Source: Sedimentisphaerales bacterium
GTDB lineage: Bacteria; Planctomycetota; Phycisphaerae; Sedimentisphaerales; Anaerobacaceae
Length of the DNA: 64,000 bases
Assembly (NCBI GenBank): GCA_963708075.1
Contig: OY970194.1
Location: forward strand, 5,312,001-5,376,000
Direction: 5' to 3'
Positions 12,783 through 25,394 of the stretch are shown one piece after another. Below the pieces are notes generated by a model that made no database searches, was not told where the DNA came from, and was given only the letters and a program-made list of their open reading frames with translations. How positions within the stretch are numbered: the stretch's first letter is position 1; each line of letters starts with the position of its first letter. The position numbers and the translations under genes were made by a program.

Positions 12783-14270
12783 GTGGCAGCAAAAGGCAAT
12801 CATAAGAAGACGGGGGACAAGCCGGGACCGAACGGCGAATCGAACGGGACTGCCGGGGCGGGTCCGGCACGCAACGGCGCCGCTTCCACCCGCTTGAAAG
12901 CCAATGGGGCGTCGCCGGTCCTTCGCAGCATGCCACAGTCTCTGCCGGCGGAGGCCGCCGTGCTCGGCTCGATGATCGTGGACCCGCGCTGCGTCGGCGA
13001 GGTGGTCGAGCTGCTCAGTCGCGACGCATTCTACCACACCGAGCATCAACTGATCTTTGACGCAATCGTCGCCCTGTTTGAGAAGAACCGCGGCGAAGGC
13101 ATCGACGGGTTCCTCGTGCGTGACGAACTCGAACGGCGCAACCACCTGGCGACGATCGGCGGCATGGAGTACCTCCAGCGGGTCATCGAGACAGTCCCCT
13201 CCTCCGCCAACGTCGCGTACTACGCCGAGATCGTCCGGGAAAAGATGCTGCTGCGCGAGACCATCTCGGCGGCGACGGACATCCTCAACTCGATGCCTAC
13301 GACGAGAGCGGCGACACCGGCGAGAAGCTCGACGACGCCGAGCGGCGGATCTTCGCCGTGGCGGACAAGCGAATCACCAACTCGGCGGAGCCCCTCAAGG
13401 ACCTGGTGATGCAGGCCTACGAGCTGATCGAGAAGCGCGAGGGGACGCACGTCACGGGTCTGCCGACCGGTTACTACGAGCTGGACGACCTGACCTGCGG
13501 CCTGCAGAACGGCGAGATGATCATCATCGCCGGCAGACCCAGCATGGGCAAAACGGCCCTGGCGCTGAATATCGCCGAGCATGTCGGAATCGTCGAAAAG
13601 ATTCCGCTGGCGATCTTCTCGCTGGAAATGGGCCAGCCAGCAGTTGGCCGAGCGGTTCCTGTGCAGCTACAGCGGCGTAGACTCCCAGCTCGTCCGCAAG
13701 GGGATGCTCAGCACGGAGCACTATCAAAAGCTGGTGGAGGCCTGCGGGATCATCTCGGAGGCCCCGATCTTCATCGACGACACGTCGGCCCTGACGCCGC
13801 TGGAGCTGCGGGCCAAGGCCCGGCGACTCAAGAGCATGCACGACATCCAGGCCATCGTCGTCGACTATCTCCAGTTGATGGGCCTGGGGATGGGCAAGAT
13901 CGAATCCCGCCAGCAGGAAATCACCGCGATCTCGCGGTACATGAAGTCACTGGCTCGCGAGCTCAACGTCCCGGTGATCGTGCTCAGCCAGCTCAACCGT
14001 TCCCCGGAAGGCCGGGAAGGACCACCGCCCGCGAATGAGCGACCTGCGCGAATCCGGGAGTATCGAACAGGACGCAGACGTGGTGATGCTGTTGCACCGG
14101 GAGGACTATTATCACCGGGGCGAGCCCGATTACCAGGCGGACAATACGGCGGAAGTGATCATCGCCAAGCAGCGCAACGGTCCCACGGACATCGTCAAGC
14201 TGTCATTCCGGGAGAAATGCACGCGGTTCGAAAACCTGGCACAGGTTCAGCAGGAAGCAGTGCCTTTCTA
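12783..14270 (+). CDS. dnaB: Replicative DNA helicase (three apparent frameshifts)
   Basis: PQSLPAEAAVLGSM, AGRPSMGKT, FSLEM, VDYLQLM, SQLNR, SDLRESGSIEQDAD, AKQRNGP. Confidence 0.96.
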
Positions 14271-14297
14271 ATTGATAATGGATGATTGATAATCGAT

Positions 14298-16474
14298 ATG
14301 CAGGATGCTGTTCTCATCTCCACATTGTTCAGCCTCATAGGATTCTTGAGTCCGTGCGTCGCGGCCGAGGCCGGGGATCCAAATCAACAATCAACAATCA
14401 ACAATCAACAATCGACATCGATCGTCAAGTCCATCGAGTTCAAGGGCAACCGCAAGTACAAAGATCACGTCCTGCGGGAGCGGCTCGGATTCGAGCTGGG
14501 CGACCGCCTGGACCCGTTCCTGGCCGAAGGCGGGCGGGTCACCATCTCCGAGGTCTACCGCAAGATCGGCTATCCGTTCGTCAAAGTCTCGCTCGATAAG
14601 GAGCGCCTGGCCGACGGCCACCTGCTGTACATCATCGACGAAGGGCCCCGCGTGCGGATCGACAAAATCGATTTCGTCGGCAACGACTCGTTCGGCGACG
14701 GCACGCTCAGGCAGGTCATCAAGACGAAACAGAGAAAGTTGTTGCTGTGGCCGTCTCACTTTACGGAGGATGCCATCGACGAGGACCTGGATCGGCTGCG
14801 GGACTTCTACTACAACCACGGGTTCCTCGACTACCACATCTCCGCGGAGAAGGAATTCACCATCGACGGCAGTGGCGTGCAGCTGGTCTTCACGATCGAC
14901 GAAGGCCCGGTGTACCGGGTCGGGGAGATCCTCTTCGTGGGGAATACGCGCTACACCGATGAGCAGTTGCGCGAGCGGATGGAACTGCGCGAGGAGCAGG
15001 TATACCTCAAGCCCGTGGCTCGAGCGCGACGCCCGGACGATCGCTCAACTGTACCGCGAGCAGGGTTTCGTGGACGCCGGCGTCGCGCAGACGCCCCGCT
15101 TTACCACGCGGGAGGGGGACAACCTGGTCACCGTGGAGTTCGACGTCACCGAGGGCAAGCAGTTCCGCATCGGCCGGATCGAGGTGACGGGCAACGAGAT
15201 GACGAAGGACAAAGTGGTCCGGCGGGTGCTCGACGAGTACGAGTTCACCCCAGGCGACCTGTATAACGCCAAAATGGCGCCCAAGGAAGGCAGCGGGTTG
15301 CTCGAAAAGTACGTGCAGCGCTCCGCCGCCGCCCAGGAGGTCATGATCCGGCCCGTGAACCCGCCCGACGGAGATCCCAACCAAAAGGACGTCCGCGTGA
15401 ATATCGAGGAAGGCATGACCGGCGTGATCATCCCGGGCGTTGGCTTCAGCACCGATCACGGCGTGGTCGGCCGGCTCATCTATCGGCAACAGAACTTCGA
15501 CATCACGGACTGGCCCGAGAGCCTCCGCGAGTTTTTCTCCATGAAGGCATTTCACGGGGGCGGCCAGACCCTGAGCCTTGTCCTTCAGCCGGGAACGCAG
15601 TACAGCACGTACTGCGTCGATTTCGTGGACCCCTATTGGCGCGACAAGCCCGTCGACGCTCGATGTCGGCGGTCGAAGCTGGGAGCGCTTCCGGGAAAGC
15701 TACGACGAGAGCCGGCTCAAGGGCACCGTCGGATTCGAGAAACGCCTGGAGGACTATTGGCGCCAGAGCATCGGCTTCCGTGCGGAGAACGTGGGGGTAC
15801 ATCACCTGGATTACGATGCACCCGTGGAGATTCGCGAGTTCGAGGGCGACACCCAACTCTTCGGCGCGCGATTCGGGCTTGGCCGCTCGGCCGTGGACGA
15901 CCTGTACAACCCCTCGCAGGGCCACAGGTTCAATGCGTGGTATGAACAGGTCACCGGCGACGATGCATTCGGGTTGCTCGAAGGCTCTTATAACAACTAC
16001 TTCACGCTCTACACGGACGTCCTCGATCGAAAGACGGTGCTATCCACGAAGATTCTGGCCGGCACAGTGGTCGGCGAAGCTCCGCCGTTCGAGAAGTATT
16101 ATGCGGGCGGCTCGGGCCGCTACGGGGTGCGGGGTTTCGAATATCGCGGCATCAGCCCCCGCGGGCTGCAGACCAATGTCGGTCCCTTCGCGGAACGCAA
16201 AGACCCGATCGGCAGCGATTGGATCTTCCTGGCGAACGCCGAGGTTGTGTTCCCGCTCATCGGTGAGAACTTCGGGGGTCTGCTCTTCGTAGACAGCGGC
16301 ACCGTGGAAATGGGCAAGTACCGCCTGTCCGTCGGCACCGGTATCCAGATCCTGATCCCGCAGCTTTTCGGGAACATCCCGATGCGATTCGAGATTTCCG
16401 TGCCCCTGCTCAAGGATGAAGAGGACGAGACGCAGGTCTTCAGCTTCTCTCAGCCGGAAATGTATTTCCAATAA
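14298..16474 (+). CDS. bamA: BamA-family outer membrane assembly factor (frameshifts near 15020 and 15655)
   Basis: POTRA repeats (IEFKGN, IDEGP), VRGFEY motif, bamA-skp-lpxD context. Confidence 0.9.
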
Positions 16475-16535
16475 GGGGTGGAGTTCTGCCAGGTACAGAT
16501 GGGCTTGAGACTCCACACAGCAGAAAGGGTTTGAT

Positions 16536-17141
16536 ATGAAAATTGGAGCAAAGACGGTGGGAATTCTCCTGGGCGTGGTCGCCTTGTTGGCGACGTTCCA
16601 GTACAGCTATGCGGCGTCCGAGTCGGCGCCTGCGGCGTCAAAGATCGGCATCGTGAGTGTCCGAACCGTGTTCAATACGTCCACGCGGCACGGTTTGTAC
16701 CGCTCCCAAGTCCTCCAGACTCAGACCCGGGCCAGGGCCCAGTTGGATGGCATGGCCAAGGAGATCGAGGCCGAGGAAGCCGGACTCAAGGCCCTCAAGG
16801 AAGGTACCGCCGACTACATGAAGCAGCTCCAGGCGATCCTCAAGAAACGCGCCGATCTGGAAAGCCAGCGCGAATACCTCAAGCAGCAGCGATCCCTGGA
16901 AGATAAGAACTGGATGGAGGCCCTGTACCAGGAGACCCTGAAGATCGTCCAGACGGTCGCCAAGGAGAAGGGCTTGAACCTCGTGTTCGAGCGGACCGAG
17001 CCGGAGTTTCCGGTTCCCAGCGAGGAGCTGATGATGACGTTCAGCACGCACAAGGTGCTCTACGCCGAGGGATGTGTGGATCTGACGCAGGAAGTGACCG
17101 CCCGGCTGGATGCCGCCGGCGGCGCACAGTCTCAAAAGTGA
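16536..17141 (+). CDS. skp: OmpH/Skp periplasmic chaperone
   Basis: Signal peptide, KIGIVS, coiled coil, VAKEKGLNLVF, DLTQEV. Confidence 0.88.
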   Translation: MKIGAKTVGILLGVVALLATFQYSYAASESAPAASKIGIVSVRTVFNTSTRHGLYRSQVLQTQTRARAQLDGMAKEIEAEEAGLKALKEGTADYMKQLQAILKKRADLESQREYLKQQRSLEDKNWMEALYQETLKIVQTVAKEKGLNLVFERTEPEFPVPSEELMMTFSTHKVLYAEGCVDLTQEVTARLDAAGGAQSQK

Positions 17142-17181
17142 CGATGCACGGACCCGATAGAGAACCTCTTTCGAGATTACG

Positions 17182-18230
17182 ATGGGAATGACGGTTCGAG
17201 AACTGGCCGAAAGGCTTGGCGCAAGGTTGATCGGCGAGTCTGCTGATGGCGACAGGCAAGTAGGCGCGGTCATGCCGGCCGATGTCGCCGGAACGAGCGA
17301 TGTGACCTTCGTGGCCGATGCAAAGTACGAGGCCGCAGCGCTTCAATCCAAGGCCGCCGCGGCGATTGTCTCCCGGCCGATCGAAGGCCTGGCCAAGCCG
17401 CAACTGCTGGTGCAGGATGTCAATGCCGCTCTGATTCAAGCCCTTACGCAGTTCGCCCCGGAACGAAAGCCCCCCGTGGAGGGTGTGGATCCCTCCGCAC
17501 GCCGGGAGAGAATGTGCGTCTGGGCCGGGGTGCAGCATCGGACCGAACGTCGTCATCGATGACGACGTGCAGATCGGCCCGAATACGGTCATTGCCGGCG
17601 GGTGCAAAATCGGCGAAAACTCCATCATCGGGGAGAATTGCCGCCTTGACAGCAACGTCGTGGTCTACCACGGCTGCCGACTGGGCAACCACGTCATCGT
17701 CCAGGCCAATAGCACGATCGGTTCCGTCGGCTTCGGATACGTCTTTATCGACGGGCGCCCACACGCTGGTCCCCCACAACGGCGGCGTCGTGATCGAGGA
17801 CTTCGTCGAGATTGGGGCCAACTGCTGCGTTGACAGGGCGAAATTTGGCAATACTATAATTGGGATGGGCACGAAGATCGACAACCTGGTGCAGATTGCG
17901 CACAACGTCGTCATCGGCAAGTGCTGCCTGATCGCCGCCCAGGTGGGGGTCGCAGGCAGTTGCCGACTGGGCGACGGGGTCGTGCTTGCAGGACAGGTCG
18001 GTCTGGCCGACAATATCGAGATCGGAGCCGGCACGATGGTCGGGGCGCAGGCCGGCGTCATGAGCAGCGTTGCACCCGGAGAGAAGCTGGCCTGGTCGCC
18101 GGCCCTGGACGTCAGAGAAGCGGCCAGGGTGGTCGCACATGTCCTGCGCCTGCCGAAATTATCGCAACAGGTGAAGCAGTTGACGGCGAAGGTGGAGAAA
18201 CTTGAAGCTGCAAAAGACGATAAAGGATGA
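17182..18230 (+). CDS. lpxD: UDP-3-O-acylglucosamine N-acyltransferase (frameshifted)
   Basis: Hexapeptide repeats, [32 protein letters not shown]. Confidence 0.95.
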
Positions 18231-19522
18231 GGTGAAACTCAGCGGCAAAGGATTGTTCGGCGGCGAGGAGCCACGGTTATATTCCGCCCTGCGCCGGAGG
18301 ACGCGGGCATCGTCTTCGTGCGGACCGACGTGCCAGCGACCGTCCGCATCCCGGCGATTGCCCCGAACATTGCCGAGCGCAGCCGCCGCACGAGCGTCAA
18401 AAAGGGCGACGTCAGCATCGAGACCGTCGAGCATTGCCTGGCGGCGATCCGCGCGCTGGAAATCGACAACATCATCGTGGAGGTGGAGGGGCCCGAGCTG
18501 CCCGCCCCCGATTGCAGCAGCGCCGAGTACGTCAACGTCCTCAAGCAGGCCGAGATCGTCGAGCAGCAGAGCCCGCAGAAGGAGTTCATCATCAAGAAGC
18601 CGATCAGCGTCAGCGCCGGCGACGCCACGATCTACGCGCTGCCCTATGCCGACGGCGGCTTGAACATCACGTACGATCTGGACTACAGCAGTCATCCGGC
18701 GATCGGCCGGCAGATCTACAGCTATCACCTCACGCCGGACAGCTTCGAGAGCGAGCATGGCGGCCGCCCGCAGCTTCCTGCTCGAAGGCGAAGCCCGGCA
18801 GTTCCAGGCCCGCGGGCATCGGCACGCACATCGGTCCGAACGACATCCTCGTGATCGATTCGGACGGGCCGATCAAGAACGCCTACCGTTTCCCCAACGA
18901 GTGCGTCCGTCACAAGATCGTGGATCTGATCGGCGACCTGACGCTGGTCGGCCGGCCCATGCGTCGGGCGGATCGTGGCCTACAAGAGCGGCCACGCCCT
19001 GAACCAGCAGCTCGTCCGCAAGCTCTACGAGACGGTCCAACAACAGGACCGCCTCGACAAGTTCGGGACCGACGCGGTGCTCGACATCCGGCGGATTCAG
19101 AAGATCCTGCCGCATCGCTATCCTTTCCTGCTCGTGGATAAGATCATCGAGGTGGAAGGCGATACGCGGATCAAGGGCATCAAGAACGTGACCATTCAAC
19201 GAGCAGCTTCTTCCAGGGTCACTTTCCCGCGTACGCCGATCATGCCCGGCGTGCTGATCGTCGAGGCGATGGCCCAGGTCTCGGGACTGCTGTTTGCCCA
19301 GCGGCTCGAACATACCGGCAAGCTCGCCGTGCTCCTGAGCATGGACAGGGTGAAACTGCGCAAGGCTGTCGTGCCGGGCGACCAGTTGATTCTGATGGCC
19401 GAGACCGTCCGGCTGCGACGCAGGACCGCCCATTGCCGGTGCCAGGCGATGGTCGGCGATGCTATCGTGGCCGCGAGGCGGAGATCAAGTTCATGCTTCT
19501 CGACGACGATGAGAAGCTGTGA
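18202..19522 (+). CDS. lpxC/fabZ: Bifunctional LpxC/FabZ (frameshifted)
   Basis: [31 protein letters not shown], then [11 protein letters not shown] and [14 protein letters not shown]. Confidence 0.93.
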
Positions 19523-19575
19523 TATGGGGTTCTGCAAAATGGAGGTTAGGCTTATGAGGTGCAGGAACCACTAAC

Positions 19576-20411
19576 ATGGCGACAGTACATCCCACGGCGA
19601 TTCTGGAAAAGAACGTGCAGTTGGCTGACGACGTGGTCGTCGGGCCCTATTGCGTGATTGGCAGACAGTGTCTCGATCGGCGCCGGGCACGATTCTCGTA
19701 CGCCCGGGTGGTGATTGCCGACCGCGTACGCATCGGCGCGGCAGAACCACTCTGTACCCGAATTCCGCGATCGGCTGCTGTCCCCAGGTTCTCGGCCTGA
19801 CGCCGAATGCCCACGATGGGCGGCCTGGTGATCGGCGATCGCAACATGATCCGCGAAGAACGTGACGATCCATCCGAGCAGACACGAGGGCACCGCGACC
19901 CAGATCGGCAGCGACAACCTCCTGATGGTCGGGTCCCACATCGGTCACGATTGCGATCCGTCGAGCGACAAGGTCGTCCTGAGCAACTATGTGCAGATCG
20001 CCGGACACGTGCAGATCGGCATGGGCGCCTGGTTCAGCGGGCATGGCGGCGTCGCACCAGTTCGTCACCATCGGGCGCTGGTCCTTCATCGCCGGGCTGG
20101 CCGGGCTCACCCACGACATACCGCCGTTCCTGATCGTCAGCGGGCACTATCCGGTCAAGGTTCGCGGCGTGAACAAACGCGGGCTGCTTCGCGCGGGCCT
20201 GAGCGGAGAGCAGCAGTTGCACATCTTCGAGGCCTACAGGAAGCTTTATCGCCAGGGCAGCACGCTGCTGGCCAATGCGCAGGAGCTGGCCGAGCAGGAC
20301 GGCCTGGACGAGAATGTTCGAGATATAATCGAGTCGATCTTCAATAGTCATCAGCACCGGTTCGGCCGCTATCGCGAAAGCCTCAGGACGGAGTCAGCCA
20401 GATTCCTATGA
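19576..20411 (+). CDS. lpxA: UDP-GlcNAc acyltransferase (frameshifted)
   Basis: VHPTAI, IGDRNMIRE, GSDNLLMVGSHIGHDC, HQFVTIG, DIPPF, GVNKRGL. Confidence 0.93.
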
Positions 20412-21420
20412 GCAACGGGAAGATTCGCACGGCGATCGTCGGCGCCGGGAAGATGGGGGGGATCCACGCCAAGGTGTACAGCACGTTGCCCGACAGCGAG
20501 CTGGTCGCGGTGGTCGATACGGACGCCAACAAGGCCGCTGATCTGGCCGACAAGTACGGCTGCCTCGCCTACACTGATTGCGAGCGAGATCCTCGACAAG
20601 GTCGATGCGGTCACAATCTCCACCCCGACGATGACGCACCTGAAGCTGGCCAAGCTCTTCCTGCGACAGCGGATCCCGGTCCTGATCGAGAAGCCGCTGG
20701 CCTCGAGCGTGCGGGAGGGACGCAAGATCGTCTCGCTGGCCCGCCGGTACGATACGGTCGTCGCGGTCGGCCATTCCGAGCGCTGCAACCCGGTGGTGCA
20801 GGCGATGAAACGGCTGGAGATCGAGCCGAAGTTCATCGAGGCCCATCGCGTCAGCCCCTATCCGTTCCGCTCGACCGACGTCGGCGTCGTCCTGGATATC
20901 ATGATCCACGACATCGACATCGTTCTGTCCCTGGCGGCCAGCAAGATCAAGCGAGTGGACGCCGTCGGCGTCAGCGTCATCGAAGGTCAGCGAGGACATC
21001 TGTAACGCGAGGCTCGTGTTCGAAAACGGCTGCATCGCCAATCTGACGGCGTCGCGCCTCGCTCTCAAGACGGAGCGCCGCGTCCACGTCTTCTCCCGCC
21101 AGGCGTACCTGAGCGTCGATTACCTCAAGAAGAGCGGCATCATCGTCAAGACCGACCCGAACGACAACGTCGTCGAGTGGATCAAGCAGCAGCGGGAAAG
21201 CGGCGAGCTGGACCTGACGAGTGTCAACTGGCCCGACCTGCTGCACATCGAGCAGCTCCAGATCGACGACAAGGAGCCTATCCGGCTTGAGCAGGAAGCG
21301 TTCCTCCGGGCCGTCCGGGACCGGTCCTTCAGGCCGGAGGTCAGCGCCGAGGAAGGCTTCGCCGCCCTCAAGTGCGCCCAGAAGATCATCGCCTGCGTCA
21401 AGCGCCACAAGTGGGACTGA
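20408..21420 (+). CDS. Gfo/Idh/MocA oxidoreductase, GnnA-like (frameshifted)
   Basis: VGAGKMG, IEKPLA, VGHSERCNP, DVGVVLDIMIHDID, ANLTASR; ATGA overlap with lpxA. Confidence 0.85.
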
Positions 21421-21585
21421 CGTGATTGTTGATTGCGGACTGCGGATTCCGCATGGCGTCCGCCCTCGGCCCCATGACTCGTCTGCGGCGTGTGTCACAT
21501 TTTCCGTGACTACCCTCCACAATCCTGCCTTTTCTCTATGAGCGATTCATCGTTGTTCAAAAGGCGAGTTTGAAAGGGTACGCAC

Positions 21586-22224
21586 ATGTTCGCAAGAGGC
21601 AAAGGAGTCCTGATCGTTGTCTGTGTGTTGCTGTTCACACTCACGCTGATGGGGCAGCGGTCCAACGTGCGGCCGGGTCAGCGCCCCGTCGTCTCGACTG
21701 AGCCGCTGGCGGCACTGGTCGAGGCCTTCATCGTCGAGGTGAACCTGCCGGCCCTGGCCAAGCTGGGCATCAGCCCCATTGGCGAGGAGCCGCACGCCGT
21801 GACTGTCCCGGATATCCTCAAGTGCCTCGGCACCGGCCAGGCGCGGGTGGTCGCCGGAGCCAAGGCGGCCTCCCAGCAGGGAAACACCGAAGTCCGGGCG
21901 ACAAAGACAACCTACATCGTGCGAGAGACATCCACGCCGGGCCAGAAGGACTACAGTCCATACGAATCGGGCAGGCGGTTCTCCGTCTCCACCGGTGTGG
22001 CTCCGGACAATGCCCCGGCTACGGCCATCCTCGTGCAGTTCAGCTTGGAGGAGAGCCGGTTTATCGAGAAGAGGCAGACCCCGGACGCTCCGTCGGACCG
22101 GGCGATGTGGGACTGGTCCGGGTCCGTGCTCCTTCAGCCCGGCCGGCCCGAGATCGTCGCCGCCAGCCAGAATGCCGAGAGGGCCATCTTCCTGCTCCTT
22201 ACAGCCCACGCACAGGGCCAATAG
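21586..22224 (+). CDS. Hypothetical exported protein
   Basis: 212-aa ORF with signal-like N-terminus and GC-rich codon usage. Confidence 0.7.
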   Translation: MFARGKGVLIVVCVLLFTLTLMGQRSNVRPGQRPVVSTEPLAALVEAFIVEVNLPALAKLGISPIGEEPHAVTVPDILKCLGTGQARVVAGAKAASQQGNTEVRATKTTYIVRETSTPGQKDYSPYESGRRFSVSTGVAPDNAPATAILVQFSLEESRFIEKRQTPDAPSDRAMWDWSGSVLLQPGRPEIVAASQNAERAIFLLLTAHAQGQ

Positions 22225-22313
22225 CCCGGATGGACCTGTGCGACGTCGCTCGCGCCGGGTGGCGGCCCCGTGTGCACGAAATTGTTTTGCAAAAGGTTCG
22301 TGCGGGGCCCATC

Positions 22314-22985
22314 ATGGGCGCCATGTTGACGCCCAGTGAGGACAATCACCTGGAATCTACCCGCCGGCTGATGCTGCAGGAACACCTGCGTGGACGCGGC
22401 ATCACGGACCCCGATATTCTGGCCGTCATGGCTGAGGTCCCCCGCGAGCGGTTCGTCCCGCCGGAGCATCGCTTTCGAGCGTATGCGGATGGCCCGCTGC
22501 CCATTGGCGAGGGCCAGACGATTTCACAGCCTTATATCGTGGCCTTGATGACCCAGCTTCTGCGGGTGCATCGCGAATGCGAGGTCCTGGAGGTCGGCAC
22601 CGGAAGCGGGTACCAGACGGCTGTTCTCGCCCGGCTGGCAAAGCGCATTTACACCATCGAGCGATTCCCGGAGCTGTCGGCAACCGCCCGCGATACCCTG
22701 GGCGAGCTGGGCATCGGCAACGTCGAGTTTCGAGTCGGAGATGGCAGTTGTGGCTGGCCTGAGGACAGGACCTTCGACCGGATCATCATCACGGCGGCGG
22801 TCCCGGACTTCCCTGCGCCCCTGACGGCTCAACTGGCCGAGGCCGGCGTCATGATCGCTCCCGTCGGCCAGCGTGCCGTGCAGCAGCTTGCCGTCGCCGA
22901 GAACTTCCACGGCAAGCGGGTCGAAAAGCACACCAGCAGTTGCCGCTTCGTAAGACTCATTGGCAAATACGGTTTCCCCGAGTGA
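22314..22985 (+). CDS. pcm: Protein-L-isoaspartate O-methyltransferase
   Basis: VPRERFVP, AYADGPLPIGEGQTISQPY, LEVGTGSGYQ, FDRIIITAA. Confidence 0.96.
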   Translation: MGAMLTPSEDNHLESTRRLMLQEHLRGRGITDPDILAVMAEVPRERFVPPEHRFRAYADGPLPIGEGQTISQPYIVALMTQLLRVHRECEVLEVGTGSGYQTAVLARLAKRIYTIERFPELSATARDTLGELGIGNVEFRVGDGSCGWPEDRTFDRIIITAAVPDFPAPLTAQLAEAGVMIAPVGQRAVQQLAVAENFHGKRVEKHTSSCRFVRLIGKYGFPE

Positions 22986-23078
22986 AAACGCTGGTCAATA
23001 GACCATAAACCGGGTAGAATGGCCGGGTGTAGTTGGTACAGGTTGGATGCAGTTGTGGAATCGAAAGCTGTCAGGGAT

Positions 23079-25198
23079 ATGCAAGGTGCAGTTTCCAAAG
23101 ACGTTCAGGGCAAGGAGAGCATAACACTCACGATGCCCGTGCAGTACGTCAAGGGGGTCGGCCCGGCGCGGGCGGCGATCTTTGAGAAGCTCGGCGTGCA
23201 GACCGTCGGCGACCTCCTGGAGTACTTCCCTCGCGACTGGGTCTTTGCGCCGGGTCCGATCAAGATCGGCGCAGATGCAGCCCGAACGAGCCGGCCACCA
23301 TCGTCGGCCTGGTCGAGTCCATCGACTTTCAACAGCACCGCCGTGTGCCGCTGCTGGAGGTGATGGTCAGCGACGACACGGGCGTCTGCCGGGTCATCTG
23401 GTTCCACGGCGGCTATTTGCGTAGTCAGATTCAACTGGGCCAGGTGCTCATGGCCTCGGGCAAACCGGCGATCTACAAGCACCAGATCCAGATGACCAAC
23501 CCCAAGTTCATGGTCCTCGATGAAAAGCACGCCGAATCCGACAAGTACTTCTCCGGCGGCGTTTACGCTGCGACCGCCCGGCTGAGCAGCCGGCAGATCA
23601 AGGGGATCATCGTGCCGGTGCTCGATCACGTCAATGAGTTGATCGGCGAGTTCTACGATGCGAGCTTTCTCAAAGACAACCTGATCGTCAGCCGCAAGGA
23701 GGCGTTCGCCTGGATTCACATGCCGCCGGACGAGGAAAAGCTCGCCGCCGCCACGCGACGGCTCAAGTATGACGAGCTGTTCCTCATGCAGCTCGGGCTG
23801 GCCCTGCGCCGTTATCGAACGCAGCACTATTGCATGTGCCACGGCGTGCACCCTCACCGACGAGATCGACAGCCGGATTCGCAAGCGTTTCCCCTTCCTG
23901 CTCACGGACGACCAGAACGCCTGCATCGCCGAGATCGCCGAGGACATGAGCCGCACGACGCCGATGAATCGCCTGCTGCAAGGCGACGTCGGCTCCGGCA
24001 AGACCGTGCGTGGCGCTCTACGCGGCGCTGCTGGCCATCGCCAACAAGACCCAGGCCGCCATCATGGCCCCTACGGAAATCCTCGCCTCGCAGCACTTTC
24101 TGAGCATCGAGCGGTATCTCAAGGACAGCCAGGTCCGCCGCGTCCTCATCACCGGCGGCCTGACCGGCAAGAAACGCGAAGAGATCCTCACGCAAATCAA
24201 GCAGGGCGAGATCGATATCGTCGTCGGCACCGTCGCGCTGCTGCAGAAGGATATCGAGTTCCACAACCTGGGCCTGGTCGTGATCGACGAGCAGCACAAG
24301 TTCGGCGTGCACCAGCGGGCCGAGCTGCGCAAGGACTGCGCCCCGCATTGCCTGGTGATGACCGCCACGCCCATCCCGCGAACGCTGGCGATGACGGCGT
24401 TCGGCGACCTCGACGTCTCCGTGATCAAGCAGTGCCCTCCCGGCCGTGGCGCGGTCGTCACCCGCTGGGTGGACCCGCAGCGACCGCCGGAAGGCCTACG
24501 ACTTCATTCGCGAACGGCTGCAAGGCCAAGAAGCAGGCGTACTTCGTCTTCCCGCGCATCTCCGCCGTCGAGGAGACCGGGCAAGGAAATCAAGGCCGCC
24601 ACCGACGCGCTGGAAGGAGCTTTCCGAGCGGGTCTTCCCCGAGCTTCAGCGTCGCCCTGCTGCACGGCCAGATGTCCTCCGCCGAGAAGCAGCGGATCAT
24701 GGCCGACTTCCGCAAGGGCACAGATCGACGTCCTTGTCTCGACCGTCGTGATCGAGGTCGGCGTCGATGTGCCCAACGCAACGATCATGGTGATCGAGGC
24801 GGCCGACCGCTTCGGCCTGGCCCAGCTGCACCAGCTTCGCGGCCGCATCGGCCGGGGCGAGTCCAAGTCCTACTGCCTGCTCTTCGCCGAGACCGACAAC
24901 GAGGTCGCCAAGAGCCGGCTCGAAGTGATGACGCGAACGAACGACGGCTTCGAGATCGCCGAGCAGGACCTGCGCATCCGCGGCCCGGGCGAGCTGTTCA
25001 GCGCCCGCCAGCACGGCCTGCCCGACCTCAAGATCGCCAACATCATCGACGACTACGACCTGCTCGTCATGGCGAGAAGACACGCCTTCGAGCTGGTCTA
25101 CAAAGACCCCACCCTGACCCAGCCCGAGCACTACAACATCCGCCGAGCCCTCCTGGCCAAATTCGGCAGGCTCCCTCGGCCTGGCCGACGTGGCGTGA
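23079..25198 (+). CDS. recG: ATP-dependent DNA helicase RecG (multiple frameshifts)
   Basis: KGVGP, MNRLLQGDVGSGKT, IDEQHKFGV, MTATPIPRTL, QLHQLRGRIGRG, DLRIRGPGE. Confidence 0.96.
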
Positions 25199-25394
25199 GG
25201 CATGGATGATCGATTATTGATGATGGATGATTCGCCCCCGCAGCATCGTCCGTGCCGTTGCAAGTCCCACAGGGTGTGCCATGCGCACCTTCTCCATCTG
25301 ACATCCGATGGTTCCTGGATTCCTGCTTGCGCAGGAATGGACTGGCAAATCGGTGTCAACAGTCCTTCAACCGCTGCATCCACGACGGTCGGGG

